Below, piece by piece: positions 9,186-18,741 of a stretch of 23,780 nucleotides of DNA; position 1 is the first letter of the stretch; each line of letters opens with the position of its first letter. Origin of the DNA: Amoeboradix gromovi X-113 (lineage: Eukaryota; Fungi; Sanchytriomycota). The translations under genes and the position numbers were made by a program. The stretch lies in contig JADGIF010000066.1 in the NCBI GenBank assembly GCA_018985225.1, positions 1 through 23,780 on the forward strand, in the 5' to 3' direction. Below the pieces are notes generated by a model. It was not told the origin of the DNA and searched no databases. It saw only the letters and a program-made list of their open reading frames with translations.

Positions 9186-10484
9186 ATGATTAGTAAGAGA
9201 TTCCACAGTATACAGTTTTACCATAACTATCGTCTATCCAAATACCTTGATAAACCCACTACTGAGCTTTCAATTGAATCTCTGTGCAAATACGGCCATT
9301 TTTTAAGCGAAAAGAAGTTATTTGATATGAGCAATTTCGTTAAAGACCAAATCAGCATCCGCTTAGCAAAAAGAATTAATGATTTTCAGTCTTTACCCTT
9401 TGTTACTGTAAATTCTTCTCACCTCCAGCAGGTTTATGATCTTTATTGGAAAAGCTTTAATTCTATCTCTGATACCGGCCTTATTAAAACGAGGAATGAT
9501 CACAATCATTTCTTAGAAATACTAAGAAGCAATCTGAGGTACCATTTGAGTGTCATTCCTAAGTTGGCAATGGGAATTCAACAAGCGAGTAGAACAACAA
9601 ACAATGAGATTTTAAACTCTTTCGCACACTCTATATTGAAGAGCAGAATAAGCAGACGAGTTTTGGCACAGCAGCTGCTGAAATTAGATCAGCAATTTTT
9701 AAAAATTGCAAAATCCAAAAATGCTATATATGATATGATGGACCACCATGGCGACATTGGAATAGTGAGTACAAGACTAGGCTTGGAAGAGACTATACTG
9801 GAGATGCATGCATCTGCAAAGTTTATTTTAAGTAAACACTACCAAGAATTGCCGGGAATTGAAATTGATGGCTTTGAGAATATTGAGATGACTGCTATTA
9901 AAGACCACCTACAGTATATACTATTGGAAGTATTCAAAAATTCTCTGGAGGCCACGGTACTGCATAACATAAATAAATATAAAAATTGCTTACCCGCAGT
10001 GAGGGTCACTCTGGTTGATAATGAATACAACACTACAATAAGAATATCAGACCAAGGAGGTGGTATTTCTGATAAAGTAAAACGAAATTTATTTAATTTT
10101 ACAAAATTAGAGATCACTAGAAAGTTCAAGAGCTTTGAAAAAATAAAGTACATGGCTGCGACACCACATGAGCAGGTGCAAGGAGCAGGTCTAACGGGTG
10201 ATTTGCCAATGATAACACATTCTATTAATGAGGACATTGTATTAGTTGATGATCTGCCAGTTCAGGATAAACCAGAGACACTGCATGAAATTCAGGAACG
10301 AATATTAAAGGAATTCCTTGTTGGATCATCCTCGAAATCTACTACTAATGTTGCTCCGATTCATTTGGGCCTTGGATTACCAATGAGTAAAGTCTACTTA
10401 GATTATTGGAAGTCAGAAATTAAAATACAAAGTGTAGATGGATACGGTTCAGACGTATATTTGATATTAAATAAAGTAAAATAG
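9186..10484 (+). CDS. Mitochondrial alpha-ketoacid dehydrogenase kinase (PDK/BCKDK family)
   Basis: IRLAKRINDFQSLPF, SRISRRVLAQQ, GHKL motifs EVFKNSLEA, ISDQGGGI, GLGLPMSKVY, GYGSDVYL; basic N-terminal presequence-like segment. Confidence 0.9.
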   Translation: MISKRFHSIQFYHNYRLSKYLDKPTTELSIESLCKYGHFLSEKKLFDMSNFVKDQISIRLAKRINDFQSLPFVTVNSSHLQQVYDLYWKSFNSISDTGLIKTRNDHNHFLEILRSNLRYHLSVIPKLAMGIQQASRTTNNEILNSFAHSILKSRISRRVLAQQLLKLDQQFLKIAKSKNAIYDMMDHHGDIGIVSTRLGLEETILEMHASAKFILSKHYQELPGIEIDGFENIEMTAIKDHLQYILLEVFKNSLEATVLHNINKYKNCLPAVRVTLVDNEYNTTIRISDQGGGISDKVKRNLFNFTKLEITRKFKSFEKIKYMAATPHEQVQGAGLTGDLPMITHSINEDIVLVDDLPVQDKPETLHEIQERILKEFLVGSSSKSTTNVAPIHLGLGLPMSKVYLDYWKSEIKIQSVDGYGSDVYLILNKVK

Positions 10485-10527
10485 TTTCAAATTTTTGCAA
10501 ATTTTCTTTTTTTTCCAAATCTCCGTA

Positions 10528-13500
10528 ATGGAAAAACTTGATTTATTAATAATTGAAAACCACATGCAGTCTACTTTATTGGACAAGTATATCACTTTTC
10601 ACCATCCTAAATTGTTAAAAAATATTACAGTTATGCCCAATTTACTGCTACAAAAAAGAAATAAAACTTTACAAATTTATTCTCATCCATTTAAAGAGGC
10701 TCCCGTAATTTATATTTATGGCGCAAACAAGGATAATATTTCGTCTTTAGCTTTTATACATCAGTTCTATCCGTTTGGCTTTATCAAATTCCCACATCAA
10801 GGTAGCTGTGAATACGCTCTAAATGACCCTCCTCCTTGTTCATTCAGCAGCATAAACCGCGTTGATTCTACTTTGGTTGTACCCTCTGCCAACGAATATC
10901 AATTCATGCTTGATTTATATAATAAGTTATCAAACCTTAACATACCTCTCATGATGCTTTCACTACATCAATATACTTCAATTTACGGTCTTAACCCTAT
11001 AGAAAAATTTGTAAAAATTATTTATTTGAATCCAAATGATCGAGCCAAGCTTCTGAGGGTCTTTACCTCAGGGACACTAAATCACAAGTTCATCTGCTTC
11101 AACTTTCATTTCAACTACTCTGATGTGTTTATGCGTGAATTCGACTTACAGGGCTGCTATCCGCTGTCTTTTAATCTTGTTAAATACAGGTGTAGGCAAG
11201 CTATTCCTAATGAATCTTGGCTCTCTTTGATCAGCTCCAGCACGCTCAGCACACTCTCTATTGAATTTGATACAATTGCAAATGAAGTGAACGGTACCTC
11301 TTCTATAATCGAATCGCAACCTTTTTCTTTCGATGATGATGTCCTTGGTAAGAGTTGGATGCATCGTAAATGGAACATTCCTACTGTCAAAGCATTATGG
11401 TATGACGAGTATATTAGAAGAATTAAACATAATTTGAATGAAAAGCTACCTCAAAATTCGATTAGAGACGCGCAGCGATACACACCAGATGCGTATAGTA
11501 GTAACAAGATTTGTAAACCTTGGGCAGAAAAGTACAGATTGTTAATCGATAAACTTATATCAGAGTTGCCTAGCTCTAGCGGCTCTAGCGATTCCACCGT
11601 GCATAGCAATTATCAATTCCATAATTCAACTATGGCACCTGCTTCTGATGTGTTTGAATGCCTGATTGCGTTGATAAGTAATCATTTGGACAGTTACCCT
11701 GAAAGCAATTCGTCTCACATTCTAACTAATGGTGACTCTATAACGGAGGACGATGATTTAATTGAATTATTGGCGACTAACTTGCATTCGAGCGATGACT
11801 CCTTTAGTAACTCAAGCGAGTCTTATTTTATTAACAATTCTTTAGAGAGTGACATGAATAGCTGCGAGAGTGGTATTGACGACATCGTCTTACAGGTAGA
11901 TGGTCAAGTTGACAAAAAGCAACGACTTATCGAAGTGTTGGTTCCTATAAAAAAAAAGAGAGCGCCTCTATTCAAACCGTTGAATATCATAGATAATCCA
12001 ACCACAAGACACGTATCATCATCTATTGAAGAGCCAAGCAGTTCTGTAGCATCAAAGAACACACATCGCAATACGAGCGTATTCTCTGGCGGCAACATAA
12101 ACATGTGGAGTCCTGTTGAAGAAAGTAATACTTACGACCCATTATCGTGCTCCGTTAATTCGAGTCCCGTTGATATTGTTCGTGCTAGCTATATATACAC
12201 TACCAAACCGCCATTGTTTGCCAATGCTGCAAGTTTGACAAATGTCACTAATACCCGTAGATTAAGTTCCTACTATTCTGCCAGCTCAATAGGCTTCTGG
12301 ATGTTTATCAAATCACCACCATACTACTCCCACACCAGTGCTAATAAGAGCGCTAGTATCAAAGACAGTACAGATAGTGCAAACAAAGATTTGTCTTTTA
12401 TACTCTGCAAGGTACTTGTTGTTGAAATCATAGCGAGGAGTAGTAACTCATATTATAACCCCGGAACTGATAAAATTACTTGCATCGCCTTTGGTTTACA
12501 GTTGAATTGGCAAGAATACTGCAACAGCTGTAGTTTCATAACTAATGAGGACGAACATCAACTATTAACTGAATTTATAGCCAAAGTCAAACAGATAGAA
12601 CCAGATATAATAATAGGGTGGGATATTAGCAACGAAAGTATAGGATACATTGCAAAAAGATGCAGCATATATAACATAGACCTGCTACAAAATATAGCGA
12701 GAATAGATAACGGTTTGGGTCCATCCAACAGTCTTAACGGAAGATTGTTACTGGATGCATGGCGCATTTGCAGGAACATTGTAGACACAAGGTTATACAC
12801 AATTGAGCACTTGTATTACTCACTGTTTAAGGAGAGCTTTCCAATACCAGCTAAATTTGAGCTTAATAACAAACGATTTGCAATTGACTATATCCAGCGC
12901 AAATGCAAGGCCATTTTGAGAATACTGGATGAAACTGATTTTATTTGCCAAACAGTAGAATTCAGCCAACTGTATGGTATACCTTTTGCTTCTGTGCTAA
13001 GTAGAGGATCACAATACAGAGTAGAATCGGCTCTATATCGCATTTGTAAGCAATATAGATTGTTAATGGCGTCACCAACTAAGGAGCAAGTGAATGACCA
13101 GCAAGCTGCTGAGTTTATACCACTGGTGATGGAACCCAGCAGCCAATTTTACAGCGAACCGGTGAGTGTGTTGGATTTTCAATCACTGTATCCTTCAATT
13201 ATGATTGCTTATAACTACTGTTACAGCACTATTATATGCAAGTTGACAGATGGGGCCAGTGGACGCATTAACACAGTCCTCGGAAGCTATGAAAGGACAC
13301 CCTGTGCATTTCTGTTGAAGCGGTTCTATGAAAATCTGATAATAAGTCCGAATGGAGGAGTGTTCGTAAGTTCTAGGGTCAAGGAAGGAATACTAACCAG
13401 ACTAGTAGTAGATTTGTTAGATACTCGAGTAATGATTAAGGAATCAATGAAGCTGTATCGAAGTAACAAATCGCTAACTAAACTCTTAAACGCTAGGCAA

Positions 13501-14529
13501 CTAGCCTTAAAGCTACTAGCTAATGTGATATATGGATACACCAGCGCATCTTTCAGTGGAAGGATGCCCATGGTGGAAGTAGCAGATGCTATTGTTGGAA
13601 TGGGCAGAATGACATTAAAAGAAACAAAGGAATTCATAACAAAAAATTATGATGTAGCAATAAGATATGGTGACACAGATTCTTTGTTTGTAGAGTGTAC
13701 GCATTACAGTGTGGAGGGCGCAATGGCGTTGAGTAGAGATATCATAGTCAATGTTACAAAAATGAACCCAAACCCTATAACGTTTAAGTTTGAGAAATTA
13801 TATTTGAAATGTTTTTTGTTGACCAAAAAAAGGTATTGCGGATATAAAATAGAGAATTTGGGAGACACACCTACATTTGAAGGCAAAGGGATAGAAACAG
13901 TAAGGAGAGATGGATGTTTTTTAGTCAGCCACCTACTACAAGAATCATTGATATATTACTTTAAGAATCAAAGCGTTGTTCAATTTAAATCTTACCTGTA
14001 TAACTTGTTCAGAAAATTGGACAAATATCCGCTGCATTACTTTATAATTGCAAAGGAGATAAGAATAGGGACATATAAACAGTATCCACCTGGAGCAATA
14101 GTAGCTCAACGACAAATGGAGAGCGAGGAGGGGTACAAGCCATTAATGGGATATAGGCAGCCATACGTTGTGATATACAACACAGATAAGTTACGAGAGA
14201 ATGCGGTAGGGCCAATGGAATATTTAAACAACAAGGATATGATAATAAATCGCCATTATTACATAAACAAACAGCTGCTACCCGTGTTTAATAGAATATT
14301 TCAGTTCACAACCATTAAAGTAAATGATATAGCAGGGGCGCTGGGAATGACTCAAAGTAACCCAAGGTATTGGATAGAACCTAAAGAGAGTATGGAATAT
14401 CATACGCTACATGAGCAATGCCAAGCCTGCTTAAATATAACCCCGATGCATGGCAGGCCTATTAAATGTATCAACTATTCCTGTGTAATATTTGAAGCGA
14501 AACTGCGACTGCATGGAGAATTGTTTTAA
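10528..14529 (+). CDS. REV3: DNA polymerase zeta catalytic subunit (family B), 1333 aa from the ATG at 10528
   Basis: SRGSQYRVES, PLVMEP, LDFQSLYPS, KLLANVIYGYTSASFSGRMP, YGDTDSLF, KGIETVRRD, C-terminal CQAC...CINYSC. Confidence 0.95.
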   Translation: MEKLDLLIIENHMQSTLLDKYITFHHPKLLKNITVMPNLLLQKRNKTLQIYSHPFKEAPVIYIYGANKDNISSLAFIHQFYPFGFIKFPHQGSCEYALNDPPPCSFSSINRVDSTLVVPSANEYQFMLDLYNKLSNLNIPLMMLSLHQYTSIYGLNPIEKFVKIIYLNPNDRAKLLRVFTSGTLNHKFICFNFHFNYSDVFMREFDLQGCYPLSFNLVKYRCRQAIPNESWLSLISSSTLSTLSIEFDTIANEVNGTSSIIESQPFSFDDDVLGKSWMHRKWNIPTVKALWYDEYIRRIKHNLNEKLPQNSIRDAQRYTPDAYSSNKICKPWAEKYRLLIDKLISELPSSSGSSDSTVHSNYQFHNSTMAPASDVFECLIALISNHLDSYPESNSSHILTNGDSITEDDDLIELLATNLHSSDDSFSNSSESYFINNSLESDMNSCESGIDDIVLQVDGQVDKKQRLIEVLVPIKKKRAPLFKPLNIIDNPTTRHVSSSIEEPSSSVASKNTHRNTSVFSGGNINMWSPVEESNTYDPLSCSVNSSPVDIVRASYIYTTKPPLFANAASLTNVTNTRRLSSYYSASSIGFWMFIKSPPYYSHTSANKSASIKDSTDSANKDLSFILCKVLVVEIIARSSNSYYNPGTDKITCIAFGLQLNWQEYCNSCSFITNEDEHQLLTEFIAKVKQIEPDIIIGWDISNESIGYIAKRCSIYNIDLLQNIARIDNGLGPSNSLNGRLLLDAWRICRNIVDTRLYTIEHLYYSLFKESFPIPAKFELNNKRFAIDYIQRKCKAILRILDETDFICQTVEFSQLYGIPFASVLSRGSQYRVESALYRICKQYRLLMASPTKEQVNDQQAAEFIPLVMEPSSQFYSEPVSVLDFQSLYPSIMIAYNYCYSTIICKLTDGASGRINTVLGSYERTPCAFLLKRFYENLIISPNGGVFVSSRVKEGILTRLVVDLLDTRVMIKESMKLYRSNKSLTKLLNARQLALKLLANVIYGYTSASFSGRMPMVEVADAIVGMGRMTLKETKEFITKNYDVAIRYGDTDSLFVECTHYSVEGAMALSRDIIVNVTKMNPNPITFKFEKLYLKCFLLTKKRYCGYKIENLGDTPTFEGKGIETVRRDGCFLVSHLLQESLIYYFKNQSVVQFKSYLYNLFRKLDKYPLHYFIIAKEIRIGTYKQYPPGAIVAQRQMESEEGYKPLMGYRQPYVVIYNTDKLRENAVGPMEYLNNKDMIINRHYYINKQLLPVFNRIFQFTTIKVNDIAGALGMTQSNPRYWIEPKESMEYHTLHEQCQACLNITPMHGRPIKCINYSCVIFEAKLRLHGELF

Positions 14530-14564
14530 TGTAAACTTGTAAGGATCAGTAAACATGTTGTTTT

Positions 14565-14695
14565 TACACCGCCGTAAATTTGAAATGTGGAAAAGATTAA
14601 ATTTTCAAACTTCTCAAATCTTCATCAGTTGAGGCTGTTAATCCTCTTGTAAGTCTTGACTTTATGGCACCAACTTCGCACTTCTGAAATAGCTA
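14565..14695 (-). ncRNA. Putative omegaRNA and right terminus of the family C Fanzor1 element
   Basis: Lies directly 3' of the Fanzor1 C-terminal remnant; the minus strand ends ...CACATTTCAAATTTACGGCGGTG-TA, a terminus-like sequence followed by TA. Boundary inferred, with no second copy in the window. Confidence 0.4.
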
Positions 14696-15310
14696 TTACC
14701 TAAATAAGCTAAAATACCGAGCTCTTTGAAGATATACCGGTCTAGCCATTTCACTAATGGCTTTCTTTGCTATCTTCCAAATGTTGCTAGGAATGTAGAC
14801 ATCTCTGTTCCACAGCCTTGAAAAAGCACTAAGTTGGAAAAGACCATGATGCAGGATGCGTCCCTGTCTGTAGGGTATAGGATTGTCACACTCTCTGAAT
14901 TTTGAACATACATCATACTTACTACAGGCACTGCATATGCAGCCATTACGGAACTCATCCACCAAGTACAACTTCTATCCTGCTTTATGAAAAAGAGTGC
15001 GCAAATCTTTCCCTTTTGCAGACTCTTTGAACTTTCTTGCTTCTGCTCCAATGCCCAATGCAAACCACAACATCTTGTGGTACACCAAACAGCCTCTAAG
15101 ACCTCTTCCACATGCGAGCTTTAGCGATCTATCTTGTACTGTAACTCCCAAGCTTCAGCATTACAAACAAGTACTTGTTGCGGCTAGGGCTAGGCGTATG
15201 TTCAAGGCATTCTTGTGCTTGAGGTATACTTTGAATGCACCAAAGTCTAAAGTTCTTCTCTTGAAGGCATCTATATCTTCTCACAACTCCACTGCGCGCC
15301 CAGCATCAAT
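14696..15310 (-). pseudogene. Fanzor1 (TnpB-like) C-terminal remnant: RuvC-II, zinc finger, RuvC-III; stops and frameshifts
   Basis: Joined frames give RTLDFGAFKVYLKHKNALN..LKLGSY..ARM..LFGVPQDVVVCIGHW / KFKESAKGKDLRTLFHKAG*KLYLVDEFR..CSAC..NPIPYR..HGL..RLWNRDV..NIWKIA..RPVYLQR. Confidence 0.9.
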
Positions 15311-15419
15311 AAGCTTATGTCTCTTCGGTGGCTGCGGCTCGCAACGTCTATTGAGAATTCCTGCTCCTTGTAACAATATACTGCATCATCAAAGAAATCA
15401 AAAGCTTTCTATGAGTGAT

Positions 15420-15600
15420 TTACATTCACTGATCCAGAAAGCAGGTTTCATTAAAAAAAACCTAAAGAAAGTAAAATCTAGGGTTTACGCAAAAATCTGG
15501 AAATCGATGAAGATTTATCCAACTAAGATGAAAAAGAAGATTAAGGAAATGAACTATTGAGTCTACAGGATGAGTTTGGAAAACTCACGCATAAAAAATG
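15420..15600 (+). pseudogene. Possible TnpB/Fanzor2 N-terminal helix-turn-helix fragment
   Basis: KIWKSMKIYPTKMKKKIKEMNY*VYR resembles the K.RIYP..QK..L start of TnpB; short and degenerate. Confidence 0.3.
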
Positions 15601-15603
15601 ACC

Positions 15604-17600
15604 TCAAAGGCTTAGTTGAGGGCTGAAAGCATTGGACGAAAAGCGCGTTTCCATTGGATAATTCAAATCTTCAATACATAAATTGCTCACAATTAACTTG
15701 TTACGATCCAGAGATTTGAGTAAATACTTTGATTCCGTAAATTTCTCAGACACAAGGAGTCTTGTGTTAGGCACACAGGGCTGTGGGCGAATCATAATAC
15801 CTGTCACAAGACTTTGCACAGGTACGGAAAACCAATCACTTAGCGTAGGGGCTCGCATGTGGTAATCACGCAGGGTCAGTTTTAGGTATGAATAGCCGGA
15901 TACTCTAGTAGATAATCTATTAATTATGAGCATTAGCATTAACAAAAATGAAATCTTGTAAGCGAAGCAGGAATTAGGCCCAGCCTCAGCAACTACATCA
16001 CAATTGCCATGTTAATACTGGCCAATCAGCTATTGCCTTTACAGAAACTAAAGGTGTTTCTATTTACCAAGGTATTTGCGACTCGGAAGTAATTGTTATG
16101 AGAATAAAGTTGTCGATAAAAAGGATCCGAGTGACATAATTCTGGCACTGGAGAATCACTGATCTCCAAGATTGACCCTCCATTAAGAATCGATATTCAT
16201 CCAGTGTGAATATGGAATGCGGCGTTCCAAAAGGGTGAATCCAAGATATTTGGAAGCAAGTTTGCAATAAGCGAAACCCCATAGGATGTCGCAGTAGATT
16301 AATTTTTGGTCGATGATGTGAAAGCTAAGGATTTAGATGGTTCTGTGGTAGCTGAAAGCGACTAAGATCATGCGGGAGACAAAGTTGTCTTTGGTACTCA
16401 TTCAATAGAGTACTCCTCATAAAAATCCAGTGAACTTGATGAAAATGCTTAAATCAGCAACCAGATTCTCGCTAAGTTTGCAGCTTCAGAAAACAAAGTC
16501 AATCAACAGCACAAGACTGTAGCAGTCTAATAGTAAAAATAAACTAGCAAGACAGGATGAATAGCCCTCTAACATTGAAGATTAATTAGCAAGACATGAC
16601 GATTAGAGTCTACGAAACAGGATGGACAAAATAGAAGAGTGTGAGTGATGTTAACGAAAATCCTAGAATACTACTTTCAGAGGACTTTAAGGATCCACGG
16701 TCATTTGACATTGAGACTCAAGTTCCTGAGTTTGAACAGCTGTGTTGTGAGCGTAACTCCTGATTTGTCAATTAGCGGCGTGACCAAATACAGATAAGAT
16801 ATTTACCATTTCTCAAACATAACTGAACGTGACTGGTGCAAGATATGACATCCAATCATGAAGTAGCACATTACTTTCTCATAGCCAGTAGGAAGAACGT
16901 TTTGGTTAGAAAAGAGAGCAATTCCCTTAATAACAACTTATGACTTTTAATTCAGCTTCACCGCATTCGAACCAGACTTCTTCAGATCTGACTGATGATC
17001 ATAACAATAAGCATGAGCCTTTTTTAGAAGCTAGATGTAATTCTGGATGTTGCCAACCTGATATGCTTATTATACACTCAAACCCAAAACATCAGAAACA
17101 ATAATGAAGAGTGGAAGTCATTGATTAGCAATAGAACTATGCTATTTGTGCTCACGACTACATAAGAAAGTGGTGACTGAATGTCAAGATTTTACTGCAT
17201 TTTTGATGGAAGGACCCGTTAAATGTATATTTAGTACTAAAAAGTGTAATTTTGGATTGTTTTGATCACTTTATCCAGGTTAAATTAGAACCTTCTATTG
17301 TGCAGAGCCCTTTACAGTATCTTAGTACCTTGTTTGAAGCGTCAGAATTTATTAAACTAAACAAGAACTGCGGCCAGGGATACATATATCACTGTGCAAC
17401 TGCAATAGAGTTATGCTATTTCTCTCAGGACTACATAAAATATTACTGATACAGTTGAATATAAAGTTGCATTTCCTTCTAAGCGCAAGCGAAGATCGTA
17501 CCCTTTCGAGAAGTTGCTGAGATTGAGATATTGTTTGAACAAGATCCCTATCAAATATTGATGACCCAGATGATAATGATGCTAATTGAAGTTTGTATTA
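15604..17600. pseudogene. Degenerate coding-like DNA of unrecognised origin
   Basis: Several protein-like but stop-interrupted frames (minus 15604-15945; plus about 16000-17450) and an internal imperfect repeat at 17128-17165 / 17402-17438. Confidence 0.35.
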
Positions 17601-17653
17601 GAATTACTAACAAATTTTGTTCTACAATGGGCTTATTTCTCAGATAAACACAT

Positions 17654-18046
17654 GGGATATCAAATATAAAAACTAGACTAACTTTCAAAAATAGGTTGAG
17701 TCATTATTTCAAGTGTGTTTTAGCTAATTGTAAACTAAATTGGTCTGACTGGTTCAAAAGTAAAGTATTTTAGTATAAAAGCCTATCATCTATCAAAATC
17801 TTAGAAACAATGATTAATACGAAGAGAAAACAAAAACTAAGTTATACGAAAGGCGGTAAGAAGAAAAAGGAACAGATAAGACACTCTAAGACCTTATTTG
17901 AAAGAGATAGTGAGTCCTCTTGTTTTATTTTAAAGAGGGAAATGACATTAATGAAAGAAGAAGGACTTTTATAATAATAGTATTTCCTCCTTATTAAGCA
18001 CCTACTTTAAAAACGACTTGGTCTAGTTTTTATATTTCGGTGTCCC
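17654..18046 (+). mobile_element. Family B MITE copy 1 (393 bp, about 30-bp TIRs) with Fanzor-like C-terminal remnant
   Basis: Left TIR GGGATATCAAATATAAAAACTAGACTAACT; right end ACTTGGTCTAGTTTTTATATTTCGGTGTCCC; internal ORF 17810-17974 ends ...TLFERDSESSCFILKREMTLMKEEGLL; homologous to 21915-22389 in inverted orientation. Confidence 0.85.
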
Positions 18047-18113
18047 ATAAGTAGGATCATAATTGGCTACATGTCCGATTAATCCTTGGTAAAAATTATC
18101 CACATGCTGGTTA

Positions 18114-18240
18114 CTCCTCGTTAAAAGTCCAGATTTCCGAGAAAATCGAGAATTTCCACAGAGAAACTAATGCTAGTTTCTCCGTTACAGTGATTGCTCA
18201 CGCTTTCACTACCCTGAGGCGCGATTGAACAAGGATGCAG
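18114..18240 (-). ncRNA. Putative family A omegaRNA scaffold overlapping the Fanzor2 ORF 3' end
   Basis: Conserved in three loci; stems GTAGTGA/TCACTGT and GAGAAACTA/TAGTTTCTC; possible pseudoknot TTGTTCA/TGAGCAA; sharp 3' boundary. Confidence 0.7.
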
Positions 18241-18552
18241 ATAATTGATGTATATGTTCTTTGCTGCCATATGGTCTCTATCTATCTCCAAATGACAATT
18301 GGTACAGGTGTAGGTTTCTAAATTGTTTTTCTTTAGAGTACCACACCTTGCACATGTCTGACTAGTAAATGACTCATTACACTCAACCATCGTCTTTCCT
18401 CTTTGTTTACACTTGAACTTCAAGCGTTCCTTGAATGTGTAATGGGACATTGTTACCATATTAATTGCGACCTTGCTCAACAATCTACTTATCATTTGAC
18501 TAGTATTGAAAGATGGCAAGCATATAAGATCATATGTCTTTGTATGCTGCAC
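18121..18552 (-). pseudogene. Fanzor2/IS607-type TnpB C-terminal fragment (5' deleted, RuvC-I absent)
   Basis: YDLICLPSFNTSQM..MSHYTFKERLKFKC..VECNESFTSQTCARCG..YTCTNC..IDRDHMAAKNI; no ATG start and no upstream domain. Confidence 0.9.
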
Positions 18553-18741
18553 CTGCTAGTTATTTCTTTAGAATTGATTTACCATTTACGAAAAGGAAGA
18601 ACATCGAGTATTTGAGCTATTAGAAAAATCTGGAAAAGCCTTGAAATTATACAAAAATGCATACAAATTCGCGATAAATGATTTATTCAAGAAAACAATC
18701 GAGCTGTTTTAGCCCAAATAATTATTTTTATTTCACAACTC

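Noticed and set aside
306-13886. Short antisense ORFs inside the bHLH, Rad17, small-protein, WD40, PDK and Rev3 genes
   Set aside because: Shadow frames of well-supported genes with no motifs
14997-15400. 5' part of the 187-aa plus-strand ORF
   Set aside because: Antisense shadow of the Fanzor1 remnant with a GTG start; only the 3' tip is kept as a weak TnpB-like fragment
15491-18636. Shared 13-mer AAAAATCTGGAAA at 15491 and 18624, also similar to AAATCTGGA in the family A right end
   Set aside because: Short, A-rich and not extendable; cannot define a left end from it
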